IMG/VR virus record: IMGVR_UViG_3300021167_000128
Coordinates: 16,637 to 80,636 of that record
DNA: 64,000 nucleotides
DNA from: a virus
Lineage: Duplodnaviria > Caudoviricetes
Direction: 5' to 3' (one strand)
The stretch's first letter is position 1. Each line of letters opens with the position of its first letter. Positions 9,443 through 20,199 of this stretch are shown here, piece by piece. The notes beneath the pieces are model-generated. The model did no database searches, was not told the origin of the DNA, and saw nothing but the letters and a program-made list of their open reading frames with translations. The translations under genes and the position numbers were made by a program.

Positions 9443-9946
9443 TTATACCAGGGTTGTAGGAGGTAAATCTAACTTAGGAAGTTCTTCAATAAGAGCTTCA
9501 ATTGTATGAATTTGCCTTTCACCAGAAGCTACCTCAGCTTTAACTTGATTAACTGCAAACCAATATAAAGATCTCCATGATCGGAACGCTTTACCTTCTA
9601 ACTGAAATTCAGGTACAGAGGGTTCCTCTGCATAAGAAATAGCAGTATAAATATTGTCATACCCATACTCTTTTGCTTTATTGTCTAGATGCAACTGTAG
9701 TGCAATTTCAAATGCTTTTACAACTTCATTTAATGAAGGTTCAAATTTAACAGCAGATGGGAATCCATCCAAGTCTGGTTGAATGCTATATCCACTCTCT
9801 TGTAGCCTGAAAAGATCCTTGTATTGATCTTCAGTAACCTCAACAGCACCCTCTAAGATTCCAATTGGAATACCATTTTCATTAAATAGATCAGTGTGAA
9901 TAGTTGGAATATAAAATCCATTTGTGTTTTTGTCATAAAAATACAT
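9443..9946 (-). CDS. tail fibre assembly chaperone
   Basis: MYFYDKNTNGFY...AVEVTEDQY..L...G..I.PD..G.P pattern; directly downstream of the fibre gene. Confidence 0.7.
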   Translation of the reverse strand: MYFYDKNTNGFYIPTIHTDLFNENGIPIGILEGAVEVTEDQYKDLFRLQESGYSIQPDLDGFPSAVKFEPSLNEVVKAFEIALQLHLDNKAKEYGYDNIYTAISYAEEPSVPEFQLEGKAFRSWRSLYWFAVNQVKAEVASGERQIHTIEALIEELPKLDLPPTTLV

Positions 9947-9959
9947 ATTATTCCTTTTT

Positions 9960-11180
9960 TTAATATCCGGTTGCAAACCAATATAATGGGTATGTAGTTG
10001 TCGTTGTTTCTTGGTATGAAAATCCAGAATTAGTTAAGCTACTAATATTTATAAAGGTTTCATATCCCGATGCTGCACCAGCAGAAATTGCGGTTCTAGT
10101 ACTTTGAATGTTTAACACAGCATTGGGGAAACTAATCGGAAAATTAATTGGACCTGAACCTGTTGTAGTAACACCCCATTGAACAATTAATTTATTAGGT
10201 AACTTTGAATAACCAGTACTTCCGAAAGAACTAGCACCTGCACTAAATTTCCAGACATCATCAGCAGCAATACCTGAAAAGTAATTCTTACCATTAGATC
10301 TATTATGCTCTACAAGGGCTCCACCAGAAGCTGAATATAAACCCCAAGTAGTATCTGTACTACATAAATATGCTGTATTTTGTCCAGACTTAGCAACCAC
10401 AAGCAGAGGATTAAATGTTCCCGAAACAATAACTTGATCTACAAAAGTTCCAGTATTGCTAGAAGTAATACCCGCTGATGTAACTCTACCTGCGGCAGTA
10501 AAATCTCCAGCAGCAGTAAATGAATACTTACTAACAATAGATGTTGAGTTACCTCCAAATCCTAAGTTTAATGTACCACTGACCGAATACATGGAAATAT
10601 AGTAAGTACCATCTTCTAGTAAATATCCACCTCCATAATTTCCTGTAGTTTTTATTGCATAATTAGTAGCTAAAGCAGGATTAGATTGTGAGTAGTTAAA
10701 TACGTTTTGAGAACCCGTGAAGGTATTCCCTCCACTTACTTTAGCTGCCCAAGTAGAAATCTTATTACTAGACCAAGTTTTTATAGCAGATGTATTAGTA
10801 TCATCAAACAAAGTACCTACAACAAAACCTTGTGCAATCTGCCCCCAATACTTAGCAGAGTATTCACTTCCCGATACAGGACCATCTGTTTTAATAGCCC
10901 AGTTCTGTGCTGTTGTTGCACTTGTAGAAGAATTAGTAGCAGATGTATTTGCATTTGAAGCACTTGTTGCTGCATTACTTGCAGACGTTGAGGCTTCTCC
11001 GGCCTTTGTAGTTGCTGTATTAGCTGCCGTACTAGCTGTAGTTTGTTTAGAATTTACATCAGCAGCTAGTGAGTTAGCCTCTGTTGCAAAAGTAGGTAAC
11101 TGAGCCATGAAAGCATCAGCTCTAGGGCTGAAATTAGCTGAGTCTGCTCTAGATGGTGGCAATGGTAATGGTGTAATCAT
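9960..11180 (-). CDS. tail fibre protein
   Basis: Ala/Ser/Thr-rich coiled-coil shaft; gp53-like C-terminus GYSKLPNKLIVQWG...FPISFPN...YWFATGY. Confidence 0.85.
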   Translation of the reverse strand: MITPLPLPPSRADSANFSPRADAFMAQLPTFATEANSLAADVNSKQTTASTAANTATTKAGEASTSASNAATSASNANTSATNSSTSATTAQNWAIKTDGPVSGSEYSAKYWGQIAQGFVVGTLFDDTNTSAIKTWSSNKISTWAAKVSGGNTFTGSQNVFNYSQSNPALATNYAIKTTGNYGGGYLLEDGTYYISMYSVSGTLNLGFGGNSTSIVSKYSFTAAGDFTAAGRVTSAGITSSNTGTFVDQVIVSGTFNPLLVVAKSGQNTAYLCSTDTTWGLYSASGGALVEHNRSNGKNYFSGIAADDVWKFSAGASSFGSTGYSKLPNKLIVQWGVTTTGSGPINFPISFPNAVLNIQSTRTAISAGAASGYETFINISSLTNSGFSYQETTTTTYPLYWFATGY

Positions 11181-11234
11181 TAATTAGTTCCTTTATAGTA
11201 AGTATTAATCATATGTATATAATCTCCTTGATAA

Positions 11235-12812
11235 TTAACTTAAACCTTCTATCTCAATTGAGACAAGGCTATATGTAGGATAAGAAATCTCTGTTGTAAA
11301 GTCTTTATAGAATCCCCATACAATCATGGCTTCTTCATATGTTGGGTCATCAACACCAATCCATACAACCGGTGTTGCTCTAATGGAATACAACAGTCTT
11401 TGAACTTTATTAATATCTCTGTTAGGTACAAAGCATCTTGCAGATAATCTTTTACTGAAGTTTCGTTGAACTAGCGATGTATTTCCATAGTCATCTGTAG
11501 ATTTAACAGAAAAGTCTACAATACCTGCACTAGCACCATATTCTACTTCTCCAATTTCACTCAAGAATCCAAAAGAAGCTAACGCTAACTTTGCCGCTTC
11601 AGTTCCATTCTTAATACGAAGAGTTACAATAGGATCTGTATATTGACTAGGTAAATCTTGAAATATATATTGTGTTCTTCTCATTTCAATTAGAGGCGAT
11701 AAGAAGAAATAATCATACCAATTATTTACCTCTACTCCAGATAAACCAATTGTCTGTGAAAATATAACACCATCTGTTAAGTCTCTCATTGCAAATTCAA
11801 ATAGAGAACCCGTCATATCTACAAGACCACAGGAGTTAATAGCTCCTGGCTTAACAACTAAAGTTAATTCTCCAGTAGCGCTTGATATTGTGCTTACGGA
11901 ATTATCTAAAGCTGCATGTTTATTATCCGGACCAAGTAACAACCACCAAGTAAGCGAAGTGTCTGGTGTATGCCCTACGTTTGCATTTTGAAGGGATTCA
12001 TAGATTTTTCCTAAGTAAGTAACTCTGTTACCAAGAGCATATGTAGTTCCTCCCGCATAGTTAGCATCTGCATTAACAGCATCACTATAAATAAAACCAG
12101 AACCTGTGATAACATCGGCAGACCTTGTTGCAGCAGACCCGGATGTTTTAATGTAAGAAGATACTTTATCTGAAATTTCCATTTGCCTACCCCAGACAAG
12201 CACCTTTTCAGACGTACTACCTGCATAAATAAATTCATTACTAGAATTTATTAGTTGAACCCGGAAGAATGTCCAGGCCGAAGACGAAGAAGTCATCCAT
12301 ATTCTGTAGTAGTCATTACCTAAAACTTCAAACCCTAAATCAGCAATACCGTAAGATACAACAAATGCTTTTGCTGTAAAATCAAATATTACGCATCCTT
12401 CTAAGGTTCTTAAGGCAATTCTTCGATTTAATCCAGCAGGTCTTTTTACAAAAGCTGACCATGTGTATACTGTTGGAGAGCTAAATACATAAGTAAAGTC
12501 TAGTGGGAAATGTTCAGAATTAGCTGTGGTTTCAACTAGTTCATCTGCTGTAGTCGTACCATCAGGAGCTAACTCTGTATTACTACTTACTGTTGTCCCA
12601 GTGGAAGCTACCAATACCTCACTACTAGGAATATTGTTTGTCATTGCAGATTCATATAATAAACCTTTAAATTCACCATTAATGTAGTGAAATCTTGGTT
12701 GATTAACTCCTGCTACTTTTAAAATATTATCAGCATCTACATATGTTCCTACTGAGGCTCTAGAAAATGATCCATCAGTAGGGGATAAAATATTAGGTCT
12801 AATTAGTTTCAT
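11235..12812 (-). CDS. tail tip/distal tail protein with beta-sandwich and CBM5/12-like module
   Basis: Between TMP and fibre; YAGGTTYALGNRVTYLGKIYESL...P....WW motif. Confidence 0.6.
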   Translation of the reverse strand: MKLIRPNILSPTDGSFSRASVGTYVDADNILKVAGVNQPRFHYINGEFKGLLYESAMTNNIPSSEVLVASTGTTVSSNTELAPDGTTTADELVETTANSEHFPLDFTYVFSSPTVYTWSAFVKRPAGLNRRIALRTLEGCVIFDFTAKAFVVSYGIADLGFEVLGNDYYRIWMTSSSSAWTFFRVQLINSSNEFIYAGSTSEKVLVWGRQMEISDKVSSYIKTSGSAATRSADVITGSGFIYSDAVNADANYAGGTTYALGNRVTYLGKIYESLQNANVGHTPDTSLTWWLLLGPDNKHAALDNSVSTISSATGELTLVVKPGAINSCGLVDMTGSLFEFAMRDLTDGVIFSQTIGLSGVEVNNWYDYFFLSPLIEMRRTQYIFQDLPSQYTDPIVTLRIKNGTEAAKLALASFGFLSEIGEVEYGASAGIVDFSVKSTDDYGNTSLVQRNFSKRLSARCFVPNRDINKVQRLLYSIRATPVVWIGVDDPTYEEAMIVWGFYKDFTTEISYPTYSLVSIEIEGLS

Positions 12813-12838
12813 TATTCATTTATGCCTCTTGAAAGTAA

Positions 12839-12864
12839 AGAGGGTGAGAATTAACCCACCCTCT
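12839..12864 (-). terminator. hairpin after the TMP gene
   Basis: AGAGGGTG-N10-CACCCTCT. Confidence 0.55.
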
Positions 12865-12869
12865 ATTAA

Positions 12870-15800
12870 TTAAACAACAGTAACTTTGATTGAATCTCCT
12901 TCTGGAATAACTCTATCAAGAAGTTTTGCAGTTTTAGCATTGTGTGAAACATCTGCCCTTACCTCTGCACGAAGCATTGAAATATTTTCGTTTAGATTAG
13001 TAATAGCATCTACTACACTTGCATTATTTAGTAGGCTTGCAGTTTGAGCTGCTGTATGAACTGACCCTGATGAATTAAAGTTAATTAACTCTGGTCCTTG
13101 TTCTCCAACTAAAGCAAGACCTCCGGGATAAGAACCTCCAGAAGCAAATCCTGGGATCTGTACAGTTGATCCAGAATTCATCCATTCAGAGTACAATGCA
13201 GCCTCAAATGAAGATATTGCCGTATTAAGTTCTACAACACCGTAAGAGATTTCCCTTAATGTGTTATATTGCTTTTCAGCAAATGCTAACTGCTCATTCA
13301 AAACTGTTAATTGACCTTCAAGATTCTGTAGAGTAAGTTCTTCATTGGAAAGAGAAGTACCAGTAACAATCTTTAACGCTTCTAGTTCATTAGCAAAAAT
13401 GAGATATTGTCTATCTCTATCCTGCTTAGAAGCAAATTTTGTATTGTCTAGGTTAGATTTTACTGCACCATAAGCTTTAGAAATAAGTTCCTTATCCGGA
13501 ACTACTCCACTTACAGTAGCTTCATAAATTATCTTTTTAGCTTCTCCAACAGACATTCCAGCAGAAGCTACTCCCCGTAGTTCATCAATGTAACCAGAAA
13601 GCATATCAAAGATTGCTTTAAGGTTGCTTACTTGATCTTCTACAAGTTTCTTTTCTTCTTCAATTACTTTACGTCTGTTTTCAATACTCTTTTGTAATGC
13701 ATCATATGCTGCATCTGTTGCTTCTTTATAAGTATTTAGGAGAGTATCTTTTGCTTCTTCAGAATACTTTGTAACTTCACTAAAAGCTTCTGACACACTA
13801 ATTAGATTATAATAAGCTAATCTACCAGACTCTGTACTTAAATCTAGTGATTTAACTAATGTTTTATACTCTTCATTAGTAGTAGGAAGTGCAATATTTA
13901 AGGAAGCAAATATAGAAGTTAATTGTTCTAACCTCTTTGCATTCTTTTCTTCTTCCGTGTAGAAGTTATCATAGAAATTACTTGTTGCAGTTTCAAAATT
14001 ACTTAAACCACCAAAGATTTCTATCAACGACTGACTAGCTGCTGCACCTGATATACCTAGATTTAATAAAGAAATACCAAGCATATCAAACCAAGAATTC
14101 ACATTCTCAAGTTCAGTAGCTACTCTGATTAAGGTTTCAAGATAACCTTCTCCTACCTTTTGAAACTTCTCAAGGCCAGGAAATACTGACTTAGCAATAC
14201 TATCCCCTGCTGCACCAAAAGCTGCGGTAAGTGTTTCTTGCATTTCTTGTGCAGTACCTGAAAGCTTAATTTTACCAAGATCTACAACAAAGTTATTTAG
14301 CGCATTGATAATTTCGTTCTCAGATCCACCAAGCATTTTAGCACCAAGTAAAACAGAGTCATATATACTATCAAATACGGCTGTTATTTGTTGTTCAATT
14401 TCAGCATCAGCTTCTGTAAAATAAGTTCTGTATTTAGTAGAACTACTGAACCATCCAGACTTCTTAATTTTTACATCAGTGAAGTATTTAGCATCAAAGC
14501 CAGAACCTAAAATGTTTCCAAGAGACTGTTTATCACCTGTCACGCCAGACCCTAAATTTGTTACTTTTGTGCTTCCAAAAATACTACCAACAAGCTTACC
14601 AAGAGGTTTAAATACAAATCCTGCAACACCAAAAAGCAGTGCTGTGGTTATCTTAGTTAATGCTTCATAGTTCTGTTTAGAACCCTCAACCACAAAAGGT
14701 GCTTTACCTTCAATGCCTCCCGTTCTAATCATAAGATTAACTAAACCACCAATGCTATTGTCAATATTTCTAAGGTGAAGTAGCATTCCTGGGCTATACT
14801 TTTGAGTTAAACTATTAGCTTTCTCTAGTAACTCTAATGACTTGGTTATACTTTCTGATTTAGCTTCTTTATCCCCAAATACTGTACCAGTACCTGAGTT
14901 ATATACAGGAGCAGCACCGGATACTTTACCTCCAAAAGAACCACCTACAGAACCAATTAGAGCAGCGACAACAGCAGCTACAGTAGCACCTGCTGCAAGG
15001 TTAAGAGGAAATGGAAGACTAGCTATTGTTTTAACAACGGCAGCAGTGCCATCTACAACCATAGTCCCTAGTGCTGAAGCTTTTTTAGCACCATCCGCAG
15101 CAAGAGTAACTCCAACAGAACTGATAGTTTCTGCCATTTCTACAGCAAGCATACCAATACGAACCATGTGCAGGACTTTTTCAATAGCACCAAATGCTTT
15201 AGCAGCAGCCGTCTTTTCACCAAACATTTGTTTTGCAGCACCTGCAGTTTGAGCGTAAAGTCCAATCTCATCTTTAGCTAACTTCTTTTGCAGTTTTGCA
15301 TATTGAATAGGATCTTTCTTAGCATCTTCTAACAGTTTAGAATTAAGTTCTAAGGTAGCACCTAACTTGCTAAATGCAGTTACAGCAGTTGCAATATTTT
15401 TACCAAATCCACCAAAAGCACCTTCCATTGAAACACCAAACTCATTAGTTCTTTCAATCAGTAATCTAAATTCTTCACTGAACATTGAAAGTTCTTGTGT
15501 TTGAGTTTTGTAAGAAAGATTTGATAAAGAAGATGACTTTAACTTTTCAGCTTTAGCTAGTAAATCTTCAATTGCAGCCTTAGTTTCAGGAGCATCACCT
15601 ATGAAAGTATCCCTAATCCTTTGAACTTCATTCTGATACTCACGTTCAATCCTTAGTTTTTCCTTATTGATTTCTCCTAAGCGTTTAATATCTTCAGATT
15701 CTGTAGCAGAGCCAGCCAGTAAAGAATTACGTTCTACATCGAGAGAAGTTCTAGCATCAGCAAGTTCTCTGGTTTTATTAGCCATTTCACGAAGAGTTGT

Positions 15801-18800
15801 TACATAGGCTCTACCTTGTTCTGTAGCTTCAAATAGACGCTTCTTTGCTAATTCAAAGTCAGTACCACTCAACTGCCCACTTTGATGTAATGCTTGCAAC
15901 CTACGAAGATCTTCATAATACTGCGAACTGAGTTTGCTAGACTGACCAAGCAGCTTATTAGCTAACTTTTGTCCTTCTGCAATATCAGACTGAGCAATAG
16001 CTTCTTCTGCCATAACAGCAATAGTTTTTCTCTTCTCTTCACTATATTTAGCAAAGTTAGGATTAGACATTATATCAAGAACTTTTTGCTGTGCTTTGCT
16101 ATAGTTATTTTGATATGAAATAGCATCTGCTGTAATACCATTGATAGCTTCAATATCTTTAGCGTATGCTTTCATTAGACGATTAGCTTCTTTTTCAGAA
16201 TCAGTTTTACCTTTCTTCTGTTTATTAGCTGCATCATATTGCTCACCACGCATCTTCTTGAATAACTCTTGCTCTTTTTCAGTCATTCCATGGTACGTCT
16301 TTAAAACATCTTCAAGTTCCGCTTTTATGTAAGCTGACCTGCTACCTGCACCTTTCATCTTATTTTTAGGTTTATCTTCATACTTATCAATTTCATCTAG
16401 AACTTTACGTCTAGCTTTCTCTTGACTTGCATTATCTGCTGCAATTTTTGCTCTAACTTTGGCATTCTCTTGCTCTGCTTTAGACTCCTTACTACCGAGA
16501 CTAAGCATCTTATTGATAAATTTCTCTCTATCTTGCTCACGTTGAATATTGTGTTTATCAATCTCTGAGTCAATTTTTAGAACTTGATCCCATTCCCCAG
16601 AAGCAATAGCAGCACCTTTGGCAGCTAACCCACCTAAACTAGATCCAAGTCCAGTTATAGTGTAATAAACTTCATATGCAGCTATACCAATAGTCTGTAG
16701 TGCTGTTTTGAGAGGATCTAAGAATGTACTTGACTGTGCAAATTCTTGAATACTTTGCCAAACATCAGAAATTACACTATTAATATCTTTCCAAAGAATT
16801 TCAATAGGAGACATATCAGAAAGCATATTAGCTGATTCTTGCTTTAATGAAGCAGCCATAATCTTTTGTGCTTCTGTTACTGCTTCTGTTTCCTTACCAA
16901 TACGAACAAGTTGTTCTACTCTTTCCATTTCAGATTGAGTTACAAGACCTGTTGCTACTCGATATGAAGATAATCCTTTTATTGGATCATCATATACTTT
17001 GGTCAGTAAGGCGGTAATATCTGCAACTGATCTACCTCCATTAATTGCAAGATCTCTAGCAGCAGCAGCAACTTCAGATAAAGCATCTTTAGTTACTTTT
17101 CCTGTCTTTGCTAATTCCGTAAAAATACCAAGCATTCTTAATGAAGTTGTACCAGAAACTACCATAGACTCAGATGTAGCAATTATCTCATCTTTAGTAA
17201 AGCCCCACATTGCAGAGTTCTGTTGTAATGCAGCATTAAGACCAGTTTGAGCTTTCATTAACTGATATGCAGCTACTGCAGCAGAAGAATAAGCCACAAC
17301 AAGTCCAGATGCAACCAACCCATTGATAGTTGTAATTATTTTAGCTGCACCATCAAAGGACTTGACCCATAGCGAAGTTTCGGACCTATTATCTACTAGA
17401 TATTGTCGTAACCTCTCAAGAATTGGTCCAGTTAAAGTAATATCACTTGCAAACTTCGTAATAACAGAACCTGCACTTTGAATAGATCCAATGAAGAACG
17501 ATCCTACTGCTTGACCAACTAAAGCAAAAGAACTTACAATTTGACCTAAAGCAGTCTTCATTACACCATTCATTTGTTGAGCATCTGCACCAACCTGCTG
17601 GATAACACCTCTGATTTGATCACCTTGTTGGAAGAAGACTAATAAAGGGTTCATACCGCCAGCAAGTGAAACACCCACGTCACCTAACTGAACTGACATA
17701 GCACGTGCAAGGTGTTGCATATCTCTAGCTTTATCTTTAGAACTTACTTCACGTAACTTTTCTTCTAATCCTTTAAATTTAATTGCAGCGGCATCCGCAC
17801 TTAGACCAGACTTATCAAGAGCAGTTTTAATTTTAACTAATTCATCTGTAGAAGCACGATTCATAGCTATATTAGAACTATCAAGAGAAGCCGCTAGTCT
17901 TAATTCAGTTTCTCTTAGGAAATCATTTGCAGCAGCAGCTTCTCTACTTGCTCTAGCAGCTTGCTCTTTAGCATTAGCTTCTTTGACAAAAGAATTAATA
18001 ACGTCTTGAGGAACACCCTTAACTTCCATACCTGCAGCTACGTTAGCAGTAGAACGACTGGCTCCAGTATTCAGGAATTTAGTCATTGATACTTCTTTAT
18101 TAATGCGTGCAGTAATTCCTGCTAGATGACGTTCTGCTTCTGATGCTTCTTGTTCAAGAGCTGAATAGAAATTACGATAAGCTTGCATATCTTTGTCGTA
18201 GTTTTGCTTATCTTGTTCTCGTTTCCAAGTCTTAATTTGAATTTCTTTATTGAAAGACTCTTTAATTACCGTTTGTCTTTCATTCTGTATTCTTGCCTCT
18301 TCTTGATATTGCTCACGAAGAATCTTCATGTCATTTTGATATTGTTCTTCAAGACCAGAAGATTTCATGCTTCTGCGATTAGCAGCTTGTTTGTCTGCTT
18401 CTTGTGAAGCTTTAGCAATAGCATTAGCTCTCTCAATTTCAGCCTTAGCATGAGACTTTGCAGCAGCTTCAGAATCCTTCGCAGCTTGCTTTAGCATATT
18501 TAAAGAGTTGGCTTCAGCTACAGTCGCTAATTCTAGTTTAGATATTCTTTGTTGCAGTTGTTCTGTGGATTCCCCTGCTTGTTTAGAAGCAATAGTTACA
18601 CCTTGAATATCTCGGGTTAATCCTACGATCTGATCTCTAGTTAAATTAAAACCTCTAGCTGAGTATTCATTTACCTTAACAAGCTCTTGAACCTCTTTAC
18701 GCATCTTCTCAAGACTACCCGCTGTCTTATCGAAGGGTGACACTTGAGAGATAGAATTAATTTGAGTAATTGAGTTAGCTAGAACATTAAATTCACCAGA

Positions 18801-19256
18801 TAAAGCCCCTGCTAATTTTAAAGTAGCTAATTTTGCAGCTTGACCTGCTGTAAATGTTTTATTCAGAGTTACATTACCATCAGATAGCTCAATAGTTTGT
18901 CCAGTAAGAATTTTAAGTACAGTTGCTTCTTTTTCAAGCATACGTTGCACACGACCTAATTCCTCTTCTTGAGGTAGAGACTTACGATGCTTCTCTTGAG
19001 CAGATGCTAATTCAGTTGAACTTTCGGATAACTTCTTTTGAGTTTCTTCTAATTTAGCTTGAGCTTTAATTAATCTTTCTTTAATCTTTACAAGTTCAAC
19101 TTCATTCTTAGCTGCATCTTTACTTGATGTACCTAAAGCATCCAATTGAGTAGCTAGATTCTGAACTTGCTTACCTAATTCTTCAACTTTCTTAAATGCA
19201 GTATCAAGAGAAGAAGTTTCAACCATTAGAGTGAGTGACTCAAGGGTGACGGACAT
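12870..19256 (-). CDS. tail tape measure protein
   Basis: 2128 aa, mostly coiled coil; lambda-type motif VQLGDVGVSLAGGMNPLLVFFQQGDQI; follows the tail chaperones. Confidence 0.92.
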   Translation of the reverse strand: MSVTLESLTLMVETSSLDTAFKKVEELGKQVQNLATQLDALGTSSKDAAKNEVELVKIKERLIKAQAKLEETQKKLSESSTELASAQEKHRKSLPQEEELGRVQRMLEKEATVLKILTGQTIELSDGNVTLNKTFTAGQAAKLATLKLAGALSGEFNVLANSITQINSISQVSPFDKTAGSLEKMRKEVQELVKVNEYSARGFNLTRDQIVGLTRDIQGVTIASKQAGESTEQLQQRISKLELATVAEANSLNMLKQAAKDSEAAAKSHAKAEIERANAIAKASQEADKQAANRRSMKSSGLEEQYQNDMKILREQYQEEARIQNERQTVIKESFNKEIQIKTWKREQDKQNYDKDMQAYRNFYSALEQEASEAERHLAGITARINKEVSMTKFLNTGASRSTANVAAGMEVKGVPQDVINSFVKEANAKEQAARASREAAAANDFLRETELRLAASLDSSNIAMNRASTDELVKIKTALDKSGLSADAAAIKFKGLEEKLREVSSKDKARDMQHLARAMSVQLGDVGVSLAGGMNPLLVFFQQGDQIRGVIQQVGADAQQMNGVMKTALGQIVSSFALVGQAVGSFFIGSIQSAGSVITKFASDITLTGPILERLRQYLVDNRSETSLWVKSFDGAAKIITTINGLVASGLVVAYSSAAVAAYQLMKAQTGLNAALQQNSAMWGFTKDEIIATSESMVVSGTTSLRMLGIFTELAKTGKVTKDALSEVAAAARDLAINGGRSVADITALLTKVYDDPIKGLSSYRVATGLVTQSEMERVEQLVRIGKETEAVTEAQKIMAASLKQESANMLSDMSPIEILWKDINSVISDVWQSIQEFAQSSTFLDPLKTALQTIGIAAYEVYYTITGLGSSLGGLAAKGAAIASGEWDQVLKIDSEIDKHNIQREQDREKFINKMLSLGSKESKAEQENAKVRAKIAADNASQEKARRKVLDEIDKYEDKPKNKMKGAGSRSAYIKAELEDVLKTYHGMTEKEQELFKKMRGEQYDAANKQKKGKTDSEKEANRLMKAYAKDIEAINGITADAISYQNNYSKAQQKVLDIMSNPNFAKYSEEKRKTIAVMAEEAIAQSDIAEGQKLANKLLGQSSKLSSQYYEDLRRLQALHQSGQLSGTDFELAKKRLFEATEQGRAYVTTLREMANKTRELADARTSLDVERNSLLAGSATESEDIKRLGEINKEKLRIEREYQNEVQRIRDTFIGDAPETKAAIEDLLAKAEKLKSSSLSNLSYKTQTQELSMFSEEFRLLIERTNEFGVSMEGAFGGFGKNIATAVTAFSKLGATLELNSKLLEDAKKDPIQYAKLQKKLAKDEIGLYAQTAGAAKQMFGEKTAAAKAFGAIEKVLHMVRIGMLAVEMAETISSVGVTLAADGAKKASALGTMVVDGTAAVVKTIASLPFPLNLAAGATVAAVVAALIGSVGGSFGGKVSGAAPVYNSGTGTVFGDKEAKSESITKSLELLEKANSLTQKYSPGMLLHLRNIDNSIGGLVNLMIRTGGIEGKAPFVVEGSKQNYEALTKITTALLFGVAGFVFKPLGKLVGSIFGSTKVTNLGSGVTGDKQSLGNILGSGFDAKYFTDVKIKKSGWFSSSTKYRTYFTEADAEIEQQITAVFDSIYDSVLLGAKMLGGSENEIINALNNFVVDLGKIKLSGTAQEMQETLTAAFGAAGDSIAKSVFPGLEKFQKVGEGYLETLIRVATELENVNSWFDMLGISLLNLGISGAAASQSLIEIFGGLSNFETATSNFYDNFYTEEEKNAKRLEQLTSIFASLNIALPTTNEEYKTLVKSLDLSTESGRLAYYNLISVSEAFSEVTKYSEEAKDTLLNTYKEATDAAYDALQKSIENRRKVIEEEKKLVEDQVSNLKAIFDMLSGYIDELRGVASAGMSVGEAKKIIYEATVSGVVPDKELISKAYGAVKSNLDNTKFASKQDRDRQYLIFANELEALKIVTGTSLSNEELTLQNLEGQLTVLNEQLAFAEKQYNTLREISYGVVELNTAISSFEAALYSEWMNSGSTVQIPGFASGGSYPGGLALVGEQGPELINFNSSGSVHTAAQTASLLNNASVVDAITNLNENISMLRAEVRADVSHNAKTAKLLDRVIPEGDSIKVTVV

Positions 19257-19270
19257 TTCATACTCTCCTT

Positions 19271-19294
19271 AAAAATAAAGCCTCCGAAGAGGCT
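19271..19294 (-). terminator. intrinsic terminator
   Basis: AGCCTC-TTCG-GAGGCT then TTATTTTT on the minus strand. Confidence 0.75.
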
Positions 19295-19298
19295 ATGT

Positions 19299-20062
19299 TT
19301 ATTTCTTTTTATCTTCTTTCATTTTCTTATTAAAATGTTCTCTTGCTACATTATCTAAAAGTCTAATAGCGGTAATTTCATAGTCTTCAGGTTCAATATT
19401 GAATAATTTGAAGTATGCAAGCATTTCAGAGTATTGTATAGGATTGATACCAAAACCATTGCTTGTCCTAGTAGAATCTAAATCAATAAACATTTGCCAC
19501 ACATGAGTAAGATCTTCTGGTAATTCTACTAGGTTTTCTAATTCTTTAGGAGTTATTCCTAATTGCTTCTGTGCAGATAGTAATTCAGCTCTTTTGGAGC
19601 CTGAACCTCCCTCAAGTTCAAACTCCTGTTTAGCGTAATCTACTAACTGCCTTAAACTTTTGGGGAGAAGTTAGTAACTTCAGCAGCTTCCTTTAGAATA
19701 AGGTCACGAATCCAAGAGTGCTCTTGAAGGATTTCTTCTGCCTTATCCTTTGAGAAAGGAACTTCCTTACCATCTTCCGTAAATCCAGACCACCCGACTA
19801 ATCGAATTAAGGCATCTGCAATTACATACTCTTCAGCTTCAGCGATGGTTAGTTCATCATCTTTACCCTTACGGGCAGCAGTCTTAGAGCGTAGTTGAAG
19901 CTCTTGGTAACGCTTACGACTATGTGCCTTTACAGCTTTAGACATATCACCAATAACAGTAAGAGTAGCGTCGGATTCAGTACCATCCGGTAGGGTTAAA
20001 TTGAAGGTATAACCTTCGGATGCAGCCTTAGAGAAATTTTGCTTATTAAGATCAAATGACAT
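19299..20062 (-). CDS. tail assembly chaperone G-T fusion via -1 frameshift
   Basis: Slippery C CCA AAA (19658-19664) just before the G stop; the -1 frame is open (SLRQLVDYAKQEFEL...) into track ORF 19299-19502. Confidence 0.8.
19652..20062 (-). CDS. tail assembly chaperone G
   Basis: Position between tail tube and TMP; 136 aa. Confidence 0.8.
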   Translation of the reverse strand: MSFDLNKQNFSKAASEGYTFNLTLPDGTESDATLTVIGDMSKAVKAHSRKRYQELQLRSKTAARKGKDDELTIAEAEEYVIADALIRLVGWSGFTEDGKEVPFSKDKAEEILQEHSWIRDLILKEAAEVTNFSPKV

Positions 20063-20118
20063 ATTATTCCTTTCATGAATTATTAATGATATAAACGATA
20101 GGTACGTTTATTAATAGT

Positions 20119-20146
20119 ATTATATCATGATATTATATAAAGTCAA
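20119..20146 (-). promoter_or_regulatory. sigma70-type promoter with extended -10
   Basis: TTGACT-N16-TATAAT with TGn before the -10. Confidence 0.6.
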
Positions 20147-20163
20147 TAATATAGACGTAAAAA

Positions 20164-20191
20164 ATCCCTCCGAGATTTCTCAGGGAGGGAT
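20164..20191 (-). terminator. intrinsic terminator after the GIY-YIG gene
   Basis: ATCCCTCC...GGAGGGAT stem followed by TTTTT on the minus strand. Confidence 0.65.
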
Positions 20192-20199
20192 ATGGAGGG

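Noticed and set aside
9960-11180. Diversity-generating retroelement or invertible tail fibre
   Set aside because: No reverse transcriptase, template repeat, invertase or second fibre C-terminus seen
14479-18407. Several + strand ORFs inside the TMP gene
   Set aside because: Antisense shadows of Ala-rich coding sequence
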